Part shown: positions 1-12,430 of the stretch, one piece after another
How the letters are laid out: every line of letters starts with the position of its first letter
Numbering within the stretch: the stretch's first letter is position 1
From: the human T2T-CHM13v2.0 reference genome, Homo sapiens
Assembly: GCF_009914755.1 (NCBI RefSeq)
Contig: NC_060948.1
Reading direction: 5' to 3' (one strand)
Length of the DNA stretch: 64,000 bases
Position numbers and translations under genes: made by a program
The notes under the pieces: generated by a model
What the model saw: only the letters and a program-made list of their open reading frames with translations
The model's database searches: none
What the model was told of the DNA's origin: nothing

Positions 1-1620
1 TGTCATTCTTCTGTCAACAGATATTCAGGGTTTTTTTGTCTCCCTTGGCTGTTATAAATAATGCTGCAAAGAACACGAGGATGCAGATATTTTTAATCAC
101 GGTCCTTATTTTCTTTTTGGTTATGTGTCCAGAATCTGGATTGCTGGATTATATGATAGATTTATTTATACTTTACTTTTGAAAGAAGATCCATATTGGT
201 TTTTGTGGTGACTCTACAAAGTTACATTTAACAAAGAGTGCACAGGTTTTCTTTTCTCCACACCCTCACCAATGCTTATTAAGTCTCTTCTTTTTGTTAC
301 TAAGCATCCTAACATATATGTGGTTGGTACCTCATCTTGCATTTGATTTACATTTGCCTGATGATTTGTAATTTTTATCAGTTTTGTATGTACTGCTTTG
401 TTATTTGTGTGACTTCTTTGGATAAAACATCTATTCAGCCTGCTGTCTGTTTTCCAACTGAGTTATTATTGTCGTTAGTATTTTTTGCTTTGAATTGCAT
501 GCTTTATAAGTATGCATGTATAATTTATATATATGATATTAACATACAAAATATATGGTTTGCAAATGTTTCTTTTCTGCAGGTTTTTAAAAATATTTTG
601 TTTTTTTCTTTGGTGTGAAGACACTTTTTCATTTGATGCAGTCCCACTTGTTTATATTTGCTTGTGTTGCTGTGCTTTTGTTGTCATACCTAAAAAAAAT
701 TTGCAAAGACCAACACCAAGAAAGTTTTGTCATGTATTTTGTTCTGATGAATTTTGAAATTTTATGTGTTACATCTGTCTTTATTTCATTTTAAGTTAAT
801 TTGTAGTATACCATAAGAAAATGGTCAAATTCATTTATTCTGTTTATGAATAGTTAGTTTTCCAAGGGTGTTAATTTCCACATTGTGTAGTTTTGGTGCC
901 TTTATCAAAAATTAGTTGACTTTGTATGTATAGGTTTTATTCTGGGATGTTTATACAGTTCCACTAGTTTTGTGTGGGTTGTCTGGTCATATCGTATGAT
1001 TTTCCTTAACAAAGCCTTTAAGTCACGTTTGAGATCAGGAACCATAGTGACCCCAGCTTGATTCCTTCTTAAGTCTGCTTAGACTATCTGGAGATGTTTG
1101 TGCTTCCATTCAAATCTATGAAATTGAAATACTTTTACTGGACTTTTGATTGGGATAACATTTAATCTGTAGATTTCTGTGGGCAATGTGGTGTTTATAC
1201 TACTAAATACCTTAATTTATAAACATTGAATGTACTATTATTTATTTACATCTACTTCAAATTCTATATGTATCTGAATGCACAGATGTTTAATATTCTT
1301 CATTATATTTATTCCAAGGTTTTTTTATTTTTACAATATTGTAAACTGAATTTGTTTTTTCTTTCCCTTTTTAGACAGTTTATTGTTAGCATGCAGAAAC
1401 ACAACTATTTGTGTATTTATTTTGATTTTTACTATTTTACTGAATGTACTTATTAGTTCTAACAGTCTTTTTTTGGTGTATTCTTGGATCTTAAATATAA
1501 GATTGTGCCATCTACAAATAGTGACATTTGAATGTGTAATTTAATTACTAATTTGGATGGCTCTTTAATTTTTTTTCCTAATTGTTCTGATACAGACTTT
1601 GAGTAACATGTTGAGATGAA
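1..1620 (-). mobile_element. Old LINE-1 (L1M-type) ORF2 3' part, degraded
   Basis: Antisense L1 motifs (ttggctgttataaataatgctgcaaagaac; gatgcagtcccacttgttt; gattgtgccatctacaaatag). ORF 1459..1683 reads 'MSLFVDGTILYL', matching the L1 RT FADD motif region. Confidence 0.8.
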
Positions 1621-1639
1621 AACATTGCTAGTACGCACA

Positions 1640-2210
1640 ATGTAGTCTTGATCTGGTGTCTGTGCATTTAAAAATGGTAACACCTCTTCCAGTATTTACA
1701 AATTTGTAAAGTGGAGATCTCTCATTGAGTGATAAGGCTGATGTGATTGCCTCTTGGATTGCAGAGAAATGGAGTTGCCTGTTCGTCACAAGTCTGCTGC
1801 TTGGTCGGCCTCTTGTGGTCCTGATACTAGGGGATTATGTAGTCATGGATTCTGTATGACCCTGAGATTGCAGATCCTTGAGTGCTTTTATCTATACGGC
1901 AGGCACTAGAATAGCATCATGCATTTGGGTCCATATACAGTGAATCTAATATCATCTGTGTAAATAGATTTCGTTCCCACTGAGTCCCTGAGATGGTTTT
2001 ACACAGGTCGCTATATGGGTCCCTGAGTGTGTCAGACTGTTAATGAACTGTGATTGTGAAGGCTGGAACTCAGTCACAGGACTGCTTTGAGAACCACAGT
2101 GCTGCCCAAGATCTGCAGGCCTGCTACAGAGCTATGGCTGGCTGATTCTCCCTGCAGGTCTTTCAATGGGAAAAATCATTTCTGGACCATTGCTGAGAGG
2201 AGTTGAGGTA
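1640..2210 (-). mobile_element. Old L1M 5'-region fragment
   Basis: More GC-rich segment attached to the L1 above. The reverse complement of ~2060-2100 aligns by eye to ~51730-51770 (actgtggttctcaaagcagtcctgtgactgagttccagc vs actgcggtacctaaagcagtttgtgactcagttctagc). Confidence 0.5.
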
Positions 2211-2214
2211 ATTC

Positions 2215-4260
2215 ATGTAAGTGGAATCATACAGTACATGTCATTTTGTCACTGTCATTTCACTTAATATAATGTCTTCAGCATTTTCTATTGTAAAATG
2301 TGACAATATATTCTTAATGGAGCCTGGAGAACATTTTAGTGTAGTACGTATAAGTCACATTTTTAAAATTGAGTTTTCTACTGAGAAGAATTTTTGTATC
2401 GTCCAACTATTGCTTTTGTAAATATTGTTGCAATTAACATAAGTGTACTGATATCCCTTCCAGGTCCTGCTTTGCACAGTTTGAATAGATGCCTGTAAGT
2501 AGAGTTGCTGAATTATGTGATAAATTTGTTTTAATTTTTGAGGAATTTCCACACTATCTTTTGTAGCAGAGACTGCCTCATCATTTTTGTCCTCCACCAG
2601 CACACAAGGATTTCAATGTTTTTTACATCCTTAACATTATTTTTTGATTTCTTGATAGTGGCCATTTGGATGAGTATAATATGGTATGTTATTTTGGTTT
2701 TTTTTTCATTTTTTTCTAAAAAGTGGTCATTTTTCAAATTAATGTTGACTATATGTTATTTTTGAAGAAATCTCTGCTCATTTTTTTGTCCATTTCTTTA
2801 AACATTGTTGTTCACTTGTTGTTGTTAAACTTTTTGCAGTTATTTACATATCCTAGATATTATCTCCTGTCAAACATATGGTTTTAAAATACTTTGTCCA
2901 ATTCTTTGATGTAATTTTTATACCACTAAATGTTTCTTATGACAGGCACAAGTTTAAATTAATGTAGTACCATTTTAGTGTTCTCTTTGTTGCATATGAA
3001 GTTGATATCAAATCCAGAAAACATTGCCAAGATCTATATTATAACTTGTACCATATATTTTCTTTGAAAATTTGTAGAGTTTTAGTTGTTACATTTCACT
3101 GTGTAATCTATTAAAAACAGTTTTTCATATGTTTTGGAGACAAAGTCTAAACTCAAAATTTCCTAAGTAGAATATTGTTTCCCAACTTAATACACTGAAG
3201 AGAATTTCTTTTTCTTATTGTGTGATTACAGCAGCTCTGTGGAACATCATTTGATCATACACACAAGGGTTTATTTTTCTGGTTCTCTGTTCTGTTTCAT
3301 CATCTACTTTGCTGGTCTTTCTGTCAGTACTGCATTGTTATATTATTTCTATAGCCTACTAATCTGTTCTGAAATAGGAAGCGTGGGGCTTCTAATTTTA
3401 TTTTCTTTGGCTGTTTGGGCTACTCATAGTCCTTTGAGATTCTATATAAATTTAAAACTTGTTAAAATACTTCTGTAAATAACTCTCAGATTTTCATAGG
3501 GATTACATTGCATTTAAAAGACACCATGGATTGTATTTACATCTAAATAATATTAAATCTACTTACTCTTATTGAAGAGTGTGTTCAAGAGTTTAAGTTT
3601 CACATATGTATTAATTTGTCAGTATTGCTTTTGCTATTTTTACTAGTTTAATTTCATATGACCAGCGAAGACACATTGCATGATTTAGTCTTATTAAAAA
3701 TAATTAGTATTTTTTAGTGTTATAACAGATTGTCCATGAAACCACAACTATTTATTTTCTCTTCTCTATGCACCTGACAGAGTCCAATCCACTTTCTTTT
3801 TCCAAAACTTTATTTCAGGTATCTTACATAAATGGAACCATATATAGTATTTATCACTTTCTGCCTATCTTTTCACATAGCACAATGACCTCAATACATA
3901 TTTTTATTGTGAATATAACAAAAATTATTGCTCTCTAAAAGTTGAGTAATATTTAATTATTCATATATCTATATTTCTCAATATATTTTTCAAGAAAAGC
4001 TGGGTTCTTTCCACTTATTGATTTATGTGAATAATGCTACAATGAATACAGATGTGTAAATAACTTTATTTTACCCTATATACAAGAATTTATTTGCTGT
4101 ATTATGTTTCATTGATGTATTTACCTGTCTTTATTTTAGTACCAAAGTATGTTGATTACTATAGCCTTATAATATGTTTTTAGACCAGGAATTATGATGC
4201 CTCCAATGATGTTTCCCTTTTTGACAATGGTTGAGTTCTGGTCTCTTCAGATTTAATAGA
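2215..4260 (-). mobile_element. Cluster of old L1 ORF2/3' fragments
   Basis: Antisense L1 3'-end motifs at ~2218 (gtaagtggaatcatacagta) and ~3826 (acataaatggaaccatatatagtattt); ORF2 motifs at ~3400-3560 and ~4140-4250. Confidence 0.7.
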
Positions 4261-4725
4261 GTTTACATAATTGCTATTTATATTAATGCAAAAAGTGAAT
4301 ACCTGTTATTTAAAGTATACCACCCTTTCCTTAAGCACTCTGTCAGTGGAGACAAAAACCAATATTTGAGCATTTATCTAAAAACCAGAAATGTACATAC
4401 ACATACCACTTTTCTTTTTCTCTCCCTTGGAAGCAACATAGAGTTGGAAGTTTCTCTTAATTTCACCATGCTGTACTTGGAGGAGGTAAGGCTGTGTTAG
4501 GTATATGAGACTAACTTTTCTTTCTAAATGAAACATTTTGTTGTTTTATACCCTTTTGGTCTTGCAAATATTTATCTGCTTTTTAGAGTTTCTACAAAGA
4601 CCATTAGATCAGTATAGAGTTAAGTTGATATACCTAAGATAAAATGAGAGCCACTTATTATATTTGTAAAGTATATTCAACTAAATCTGGTATGTGGGAT
4701 TTATTTTTATTTTTATTACTTTTGG

Positions 4726-6480
4726 TTTTGTGTAATTTGTACAACCAAAGTCTTTCACCAAAGCTAGCCATAGAAGGTTAATTTCAAAAAGTAATACTGG
4801 GAAAATATGCAAGCTGTGGCCTCAAAAATTTACATTGTAAAAAACTGGGAAAGATTAGGTGAAGATGAAGAGAAGAAATAATACCATAATACATATTATC
4901 AATTTGTCCCAATTCTCATAACAAAAATTTAAGTGCCAAAGGATATCAGGAACACAGAATATTTTAGAAAAAAAACTCAATTTATTTTGGCTACTTTTAA
5001 AGAACCACGTGTTTCTATAAACATGTATCAACATCATTTTTGAAATACACCTATCATAATAAAATTAGCAAAAAAGGAAACCTTTATGGCTCAAACATTG
5101 ATAAACACCAAAGTACTAATTTTCCAAAGAATTATTACAATTGCAATAATTCATAAAATTATTTTGTTAGATCTCAAAACTTATTATCTATCAGTGTATT
5201 CATCTTTAAGAGAAGCCTTAAAATAGTAATGAGTGATAAAAATTTTAACGGTCTTCAGAACATCTAAATTTCAAATAATTCATGTTAGAACATACACAGA
5301 TGTAATAAATGCAGGAAAGCCTCTATTCACTTATTACTCAATAATTGAACCTTTAGTCAAATTATTATTAGAGAAAAATTCAAATGTAAAAAAAATTTGG
5401 CAATTATTTTAAAAAGCACTTAAACCCTACACAGCTTTACATCTCTTAATATTAGGCAGAAATTCAAATGCTAAAAAAATTGGCAAATCTTTTAACTGGC
5501 ACTCAATCCTTAAACAACATCAAAAAATCCATATAGGTGAGAAATTACAAATGTAAAAAATGTTGCAGGTCTTTATCCAGTATGCTCACCTTACATGATG
5601 TCAGAGAATCTGTACTGGTAAGAAATGCTGCAAATTTACAGAACGTGGCAAAGCCTTTAACTGTTTCTTAAACCTTATATATAAGAGAATTTATGCTGGA
5701 AAGAAGCTCTACAAATGTAAAAAAGTATAGTAAAGCCTTCAACAACTTTTAAAATTCTAGTGTACATCAGAAAATTTGTAATGGAGAGAAACCACCCAAA
5801 TGTAAAAATTGTGTCAAATATGCTAGCAGTATGCACACCTTACAGAACCTCAGAGAATGCATAGTACACCTTACACAGTATCAGAGAATGTATACAGGAG
5901 GAAAGCCCTATAAATGTGTATAAAGTTGCATAGCTTTTAACACACGTTCAAATTCTACTCAGAATCAGATAATTTATTTTAAAAAGAAATACAACAAATG
6001 TAATGAATGTGACATACCTTTCATTCATTTCTTTCTTTCTTTCTTTCTTTCCTTCTTATTTTTACTTTTGATTTTGAGACACATGTGCAGGGTGTGCCAG
6101 TTTGCTTCATAGGTAAATATGTGCCATGGTGGTTTGCTGTGTGTATCATCTGATCACATCATAGGTATTAGTGCTCAAACATTGTGCTACATAAGATAAT
6201 GTATACTAAATTTAAACCCTGCACATATAAAGAATATGTCTCAGTCATTAACTTGTGCTTACACATTACTCAACAGTAGCATATCAATACTAAATAGAAA
6301 TGCTATATCTGTAATAACTTTGAAAAGACCTCTGTTTCAAATCTACCTCTTATTGAGGACCATAGTATTTCTATTGAAAAAAATATATATGCAAATATAA
6401 AATAGGTAGTGAAGCCTTTAAGTGTTGCTCAAGTTTTACTTAAATAATTCCTATAGAAATAAACCATTATAAATGTGATA
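4726..6480 (+). pseudogene. Decayed terminal (C2H2 array) exon of a ZNF91-family-type KRAB zinc-finger gene
   Basis: 4782-4835 translates FQKVILGKYASCGLKNLH, typical of the KRAB-ZNF spacer at the start of the last exon. About 12 degenerate fingers recur at ~84 bp (aaatgt-like anchors at ~5298, 5382, 5466, 5549, 5632, 5713, 5798, 5912, 5997 and beyond), with linkers such as catcaaaaaatccatataggtgagaaa and tatacaggaggaaagccctataaatgt. Many stops and frameshifts. Confidence 0.88.
6026..6170 (-). mobile_element. Short 5'-truncated older L1PA 3' end inserted in a zinc finger
   Basis: (TTTC)n tail followed by acatgtgcagg...ggtaaatatgtgccatggtggtttgctg...taggtatta. Finger sequence resumes at gtgctcaaac. 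Confidence 0.75.
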
Positions 6481-7520
6481 AAAATCAAGCCTACATATAA
6501 ATTACATGAATCAAGCTAGAAATAAGACACTAGATATTACTCTAAATAACAACGTTTATTTTAAAGAATAGTTCAAAGTCCAAGTATTAGATAATTTGTT
6601 ACAAAGCAGCAGAGATTGATGGATCAATAAAATATTCACATTCAATGTATATTCATTTTGTAGTGACATTATTTGAAATGATTTGTGTGAATATTATTGA
6701 TATAATTAAAGTTATATTACTGAATAATACTTTATTTCTACTGTTTATGTAAAGCATGCAATTGATTGTTTATGTTAATCTCATCTATATTAGGTGAGCA
6801 TCATTCCCATCATCTCTCCAATAGAATATTGAAGGCACTGGCCTGAACAATGTATCATGACAATCCAAATGGTAGTGCTGTTTTGCTTTATTTACAGAAG
6901 TGTTGTAAGTCATGCATAAATTAGGTGTTCAGAGAATCATTCTTCTGAATTAAAATAGGACACCAAAACAGCTTGACATTTAGAAATAAATATTTTTACC
7001 AACTGATCATTAAGAAAAATGTCTGGCCAGTCCATTAACATTCTGATTCATCTTCATATTGGTATAGAAACAATGAACAAATCTACACAAATATTAGATG
7101 AATATTCAGATAACTTCCCTCTCATAGGACATAGATTCATTGTATGTTTAGTATTGTAAGTACATAGCCTCAGCTTAAAAAAAAAGGCATATTTTTATAT
7201 AGATCATGGTGGCAGTGGAACAAAAATACTTCTTTAGTGTTTGTAGGTCATTGAGAATAGAGTGGATTTTGAAATGCTTTACTTAGTGTAGCTTACATTT
7301 GATTTGATTAGAACTTAATTTGTTTTAATAAATAAAACTGATATTTTTAATTTATCAGCATGGCTTAATATTGAATGCTGTGTTATTCTATCAAAATTTT
7401 AACCGAATCCACCTTGCTCTAGGTTCTCATGCCATATAGTAATGACATATGATTGAGTAATATAGTCCAATGCTATGTTTATATTGTTTTTATTCTAAAT
7501 GATGAGAAACCCAAAAGAAT

Positions 7521-8052
7521 TTAGAGGACTTGGCCTGGGGCTAATAAGTGGCTGATGTGATGATTCATAGAGGCTGATTATCTTGGCCCAAGACCTATCA
7601 AGAGGTGAAGTGACAGCTTGTCCCAGGACCTTGGCCTAGGACCAGTTAGGGGCTTAAATGATGATTCATAGAGGCTGGACTCACAGTTTTAAAAAAGGGA
7701 AGAAATGTTTCCACCAGAACCCACCAGAGCTCACTGTACCCATGCCCACAAAAGAAAAAGCTTTTCTTCTGGGAGCTGACTGAGTGTACAAAGGACAAAG
7801 GTATTTCTATGACAGGCCTTCCTCTTTTATGTGTGTGAGCCAAAGGTTTCTGCAAAGTTTTATCTAAATAGGCCAGAGGTTTTTCTACCTGCACAGTCAC
7901 AGGCATGTCTCCAGACACAACTCTTTGTGCCAGAAGTTCCCTTATTGGTGCCTGTAGCTTGTACTTTTTTTTCCAGGCTGATTTTTATTATGTGAGAATG
8001 AGGCACTGACCCATGGGTCAGAGGCTTTCTGGGCAAGCTAGCTTACTCTTTT
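7521..8052 (-). mobile_element. ERV1 3' LTR (MER83/MER61-like), missing its 3' part
   Basis: Homologous to the LTRs at 17262-18136 and 21427-22278. Preceded on the minus strand by the internal 3' end and a PPT-like tract (~8053-8150). Lacks the tgttgtagtctc terminus. Confidence 0.75.
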
Positions 8053-9609
8053 GGGTCGCCCCTTAGAAGTGGAGACCCTAACTGCTTTTAGGGAGATCGA
8101 GCATTGATCTTTCTGCCTACTTCCTGATGAAGAAGGGGGTTGAGTAAAAAACAGCTGCTAAGATTCTTACTTAGGTTGGTTTAAGTGTCCTCAGAAGAAA
8201 GGTTCACTTATGCCATGGTTCTAGTTGCATTACCATTTAGATTTGGATAGTCTCTATTTGAAAAGAAACAATTTAAATACTTAGAGGGCATGTATTAAAA
8301 TAAGAAAATGGGGATAAGGACAGCCTAAGAATTCTGAGGCTGCTGACATGCCTTGATAACTGGTGCCTACAGATATGCTTGTTAACATTTGAGTGCATGG
8401 GGCTTTGCTTTGGTTCCCTTCCTTGGTCTCAATCTTCCAAACAGAAAACTCTTGGTTATGGGCACCCTGTTTACTCCCATTACCTGGCAAGACATATAGG
8501 ATAATTGCCCTAGTATTGGAGTTCTTATCCCATATTTTTACATTGCCCATTCCTTTCTGTCAACTCTGAGCTACAGCCAGAAATTGCTGGTTGGCTCACT
8601 GAAATAACCATGGTTAATCTAAAATGTAGGCAAACACTTAACAACAACTGAGACTAAAAGTCAATGACAGCTGTATGATAAGTTTTGAAACATAATCTCT
8701 CTCTTTCCAGTCCTATTTAAAAAAAAAAGAAAAACATAATAGCACTGAGCTTTTGTGAAATAGACTTTAGTCTTATACTTGGATTAATTATTTGCATAAA
8801 GTGCAGCAAGAACAATCACCTCCACACAGGCCTTTTTGATTGGCTTTGATGGAATTCTGTTTCATAAGAAATCTCAGATTGGACTTTGAAAAGCCAAGCC
8901 CAGCCATAGGTTTGTATCTTCAAATACCTGTGAGTTGAGTAAACTCTCCTCTTCTTTAGGTTTCAAGAGAATAGGTTTCCTGAGCCTACTAGAAAGTGAC
9001 ATTCTATGCTCACTGCAGGCCAGGAACTCTGTAAGGGGACTGTTTAGACAAGGTATGAGGCCAGTTTTTCCAGGAGGCTTTTATATTCTCTGCAACTTAA
9101 GCTTGATTCCTTAAAGAGAAACACATCCTTCCAGACAAAGCATTGGTAAAACAACCAGTTTTTTTTTTTTTCAATTGCATCGTGTTGTAAAAGAAAATGG
9201 ATTCTTGTTGCACTGATGCAAACAACCATATTGTTTTAATTTAATAATATTCATAACTACTTTTCAAATTCTAGAGTAACTAGGCAGAGAAACAAACATG
9301 TCTCAATTTTTGTTCATATTTTTAAGACTTGCTCAAGTGTTAAAAGCTTTTAAGAAAGTTTACTTGATTGCTGAAAAATAAAATGAGGATCAGCAATATT
9401 TCAAGCAGAAGTCAAAAATCTTGCTTCAGTTTTGTACTTGTTTAGCTCATTCCATTAATGCTTGTTCTACTTCATATTCGTAAACATTTTAGCTTTTTAT
9501 GAGTTCTGCATATTTTCTCTTATCAGAAACCTGCATTTGAGAGAACCTGTTAAATTTCCATGGCTGATTATAAACCATCTTTGGAAGGAAATTAAAATAA
9601 GACAACAGA

Positions 9610-9894
9610 GACCAGGCATGGTGGCTCACACCTGTAATCCCAGCACTTTGGGAGGCTATGGGGGGCAGATCATGAGGTCAGGAGATTGAGACTATCCTGG
9701 CTAACACGGTGAAACCCCGTCTCTGCTAAAAATACAAAAGAATTATCTGGGCATGGTGGTGGGTGCCTGTAGTCCTAGCTACTTGGGAGGATGAGTCAGG
9801 AGAATGGCATGAACGCTGGAGGCGGAACTTTCAGTGAGCCGAGATCACGCCACTCCACTCTAGCCTGGATGACACAACAAAACTCCATCTCAAA

Positions 9895-9925
<31 letters not shown>

Positions 9926-9926
9926 A
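9610..9926 (+). mobile_element. Alu (AluY-like), full length with (TAAA)n tail
   Basis: Dimeric Alu with diagnostic ctggctaacacggtgaaaccccgtc and gaatggcatgaac; degenerate TSD taagaca. Confidence 0.92.
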
Positions 9927-10307
9927 GTAAGTAAGACAGACAACAACTGTGTGTAAGTGACAAAATGTCCAGGGTTGTTGAAGCCAGAAACATTATGAAA
10001 AAAGAAATTTGATTATTTCTGCAATTTATAATAATCCAACTTAATAACCTTAATTGTGATTGACAACAAACATTCAGGAAATAAAACCTAAGACATCCCA
10101 GACTTTTTGAAACACAGGGGACTTCTGTAGCAACCAAAAGCCAGCGGGCAGGAAATACAAACTTGACACTGAAGATTTATGTTGGAAAACCTGTAAAAGG
10201 TGTTAGAAATGTAAAACGCTTAATATTATAAAATAGAATTTCAAATTACTATGAGTTGTTGGCTTTGCCAAAATAAGTGAAAAAAAATTGAAAACACAAA
10301 AACATTT

Positions 10308-11640
10308 TGTATTCATCTGTTTTCATGCTGCTGACAAAACATACACAAGACTGGGCAGTTTACAAAACAAAAGATTAGAGGACTCAACAGTTCCACATAG
10401 CTGGGGAAGCCTCAAAAATCACGGTGGAAGTCAAGGCACATCTCACATGGAAACACATAACAGAAGAGAGTTCGTGCAGGGAAACTCCCACTTACAGAAC
10501 CATCAAGACTCACTCCCATCATTCAATTACCTCCCACAGGATTTCTCCCACAACTAGTGGGAGTTCAAAATGAAATTTTGGTGGGAACAGAGCCAAATCA
10601 TGTTATTCCGCCTTTGGCCAGTCCCAAATCTCTTGTCCTCATATTTCAAAACTAGTCATGCCTTCAGAAAAGTCCCCTAAAGTATTAACTCATTTCAACA
10701 TTAACTTAAATGTCTACAGTCCAAAGTCTCCACTAGACAAGCCAACTCGCTTATACTTGTGATTCTATAAAATTAAAAGCAAGTTTGTTGCTTCCTAGAT
10801 GTAATGGGGTAACAGGAATTGGGTAAACACAGCTATTCTAAATAGGATAAATTAGCCAAAACAAAGGGGCTACAGGCCTCAGGCAAGTCCAAAATCCAGT
10901 GGGGTAGTAAAATCTTAAAGCTTCAAACTAATCTCTTTGACTACATGTCTCATATCCAAGTCATGCTGATGCAAGAGGTGGGCTACCATGGCTTTGGGCA
11001 GCTGCACCCCTGTGGCACTGCAGAATATAGCCTCCCCCTGGCTGCTTTCATGAACTGGTATTTAGAGTCTGTGACTTTTCTAGGTGCACAAAGCAAGCTG
11101 TTGGTGAATGTACCATTCTGGGGCCTGGAGAATGGTGGCCCTCTTCTCACAGCTCCACGAGGTAGTGCCTCAGTAGGGACTATTTCTCAGGGATCCCTCC
11201 CCATATTTTCCTTCCATAACTGCGGTTGCAGAGGTTTTCCATGAGCACCACATCCCTGAAGCAAACTTCTGCCTAAACATGCTGGCATTTCCATATATCC
11301 TCTGAAATGTAGACTGAGGTTCCCAAATCTCAATTCTTTACTTCTGTGCTCTTGTGGGCTCAACACCACATGGAAGCTGTCAAGGATTGAGGCTTTCAAT
11401 ATCTGAAGCCACAGCTCAAGCTGTATCTTGGCCTCTTTTAGTCACAGCTGGAGTGGCTGGGATGCAGGACACCAAGTTCCTAGACTGCACACAGCAGAGG
11501 GACCCTGGGCCTCACACATGAAACCATTTTTTCCTGTTAGGTCTTTGAGTTTGTGATAGGAACAGCTGCCACAGTGGTCTCTGACATGGCCTGGAGACAT
11601 TTACCTCATTGTGTTGGGGATTAACATTTGGCTCCTTACA
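10308..11640 (-). mobile_element. THE1 (MaLR) 3' LTR (10308-10605) plus 3' part of THE1-int; 5' portion lost
   Basis: LTR termini tgtattcatctgttttcatgctgctg ... gagccaaatcatgtta. The internal sequence is the reverse complement of the THE1-int seen at ~61.8-62.67 kb. Confidence 0.85.
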
Positions 11641-11735
11641 ACTTTCACTAAAAATACATTTTATTTTTGTGTAGTTTGCATTTAAATCTATTTTCAGTGC
11701 TTTTTATTACATATTATATTAGAAATTCATAGAAA

Positions 11736-12430
11736 TTTTTTTCTTTTTTTATTATACTTTAAGTTCTAGGGTACGTGTGCACAACGTGCAGGTTTAACTA
11801 GGTATACGTGTGCCATGTTGGTTTGCTGCACCCTCAACTCGTCATTTACACTATGTATTTCTCTTAATGCTATCCCTCCCCCAACTTCCCACCCCCTGAC
11901 AGGACCCAATGTGTGACGTTCCCCACCCTGTGTTCATGTGTTCTCATTGTTCGATTCCCCCTTATGAGTGAGAACATGCGCTGTTTCGTTTTCTGTCCTT
12001 ATAATAGTTTGCAGAGAATTGTGGCTTCCAGCTTTGCCCATGTCCCTGCAAAGGACATGAGTTCATCCTTTTTTATGGCTGCATAGTATTCCATGATGCA
12101 TATGTGCCACATTTTCTTAATCCAGTCTATGATTGATGGACATTTGGGTTGGTTCCAAGTCTTTGCTATTGTGAATAGTGCTGCAGTAGACATACGTATG
12201 CATGTGTCTTTATAGCAGCATGATTTTTAATCCTTTGGGTATATACCCAGTAATGAGATCTCTGGGTCAAATGGTATTTCTAGTTCTAGATCCTTGAGTA
12301 ATTGCCATACTGTCTTCCACATGGTTGAACTAATTTACATTCCCACTAACAGTGTAAAAGCATTCCAATTACTCTACATCCTCTCCAGCATCTGTTGTTT
12401 CCCGACTTTTTAATGAGCACCATTTTAACT
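11736..12430 (-). mobile_element. 5'-truncated L1PA (about PA6-7) 3' end
   Basis: Poly(T) followed by attatactttaagttctagggtac. ORF 11999..12193 matches the L1 ORF2 C-terminus (ALFTIAKTWNQPKCPS). Confidence 0.92.

Noticed and set aside
5290-6480. 84-bp periodicity as a CRISPR-like or satellite array
   Set aside because: The period and motifs are those of C2H2 fingers, and the DNA is eukaryotic.
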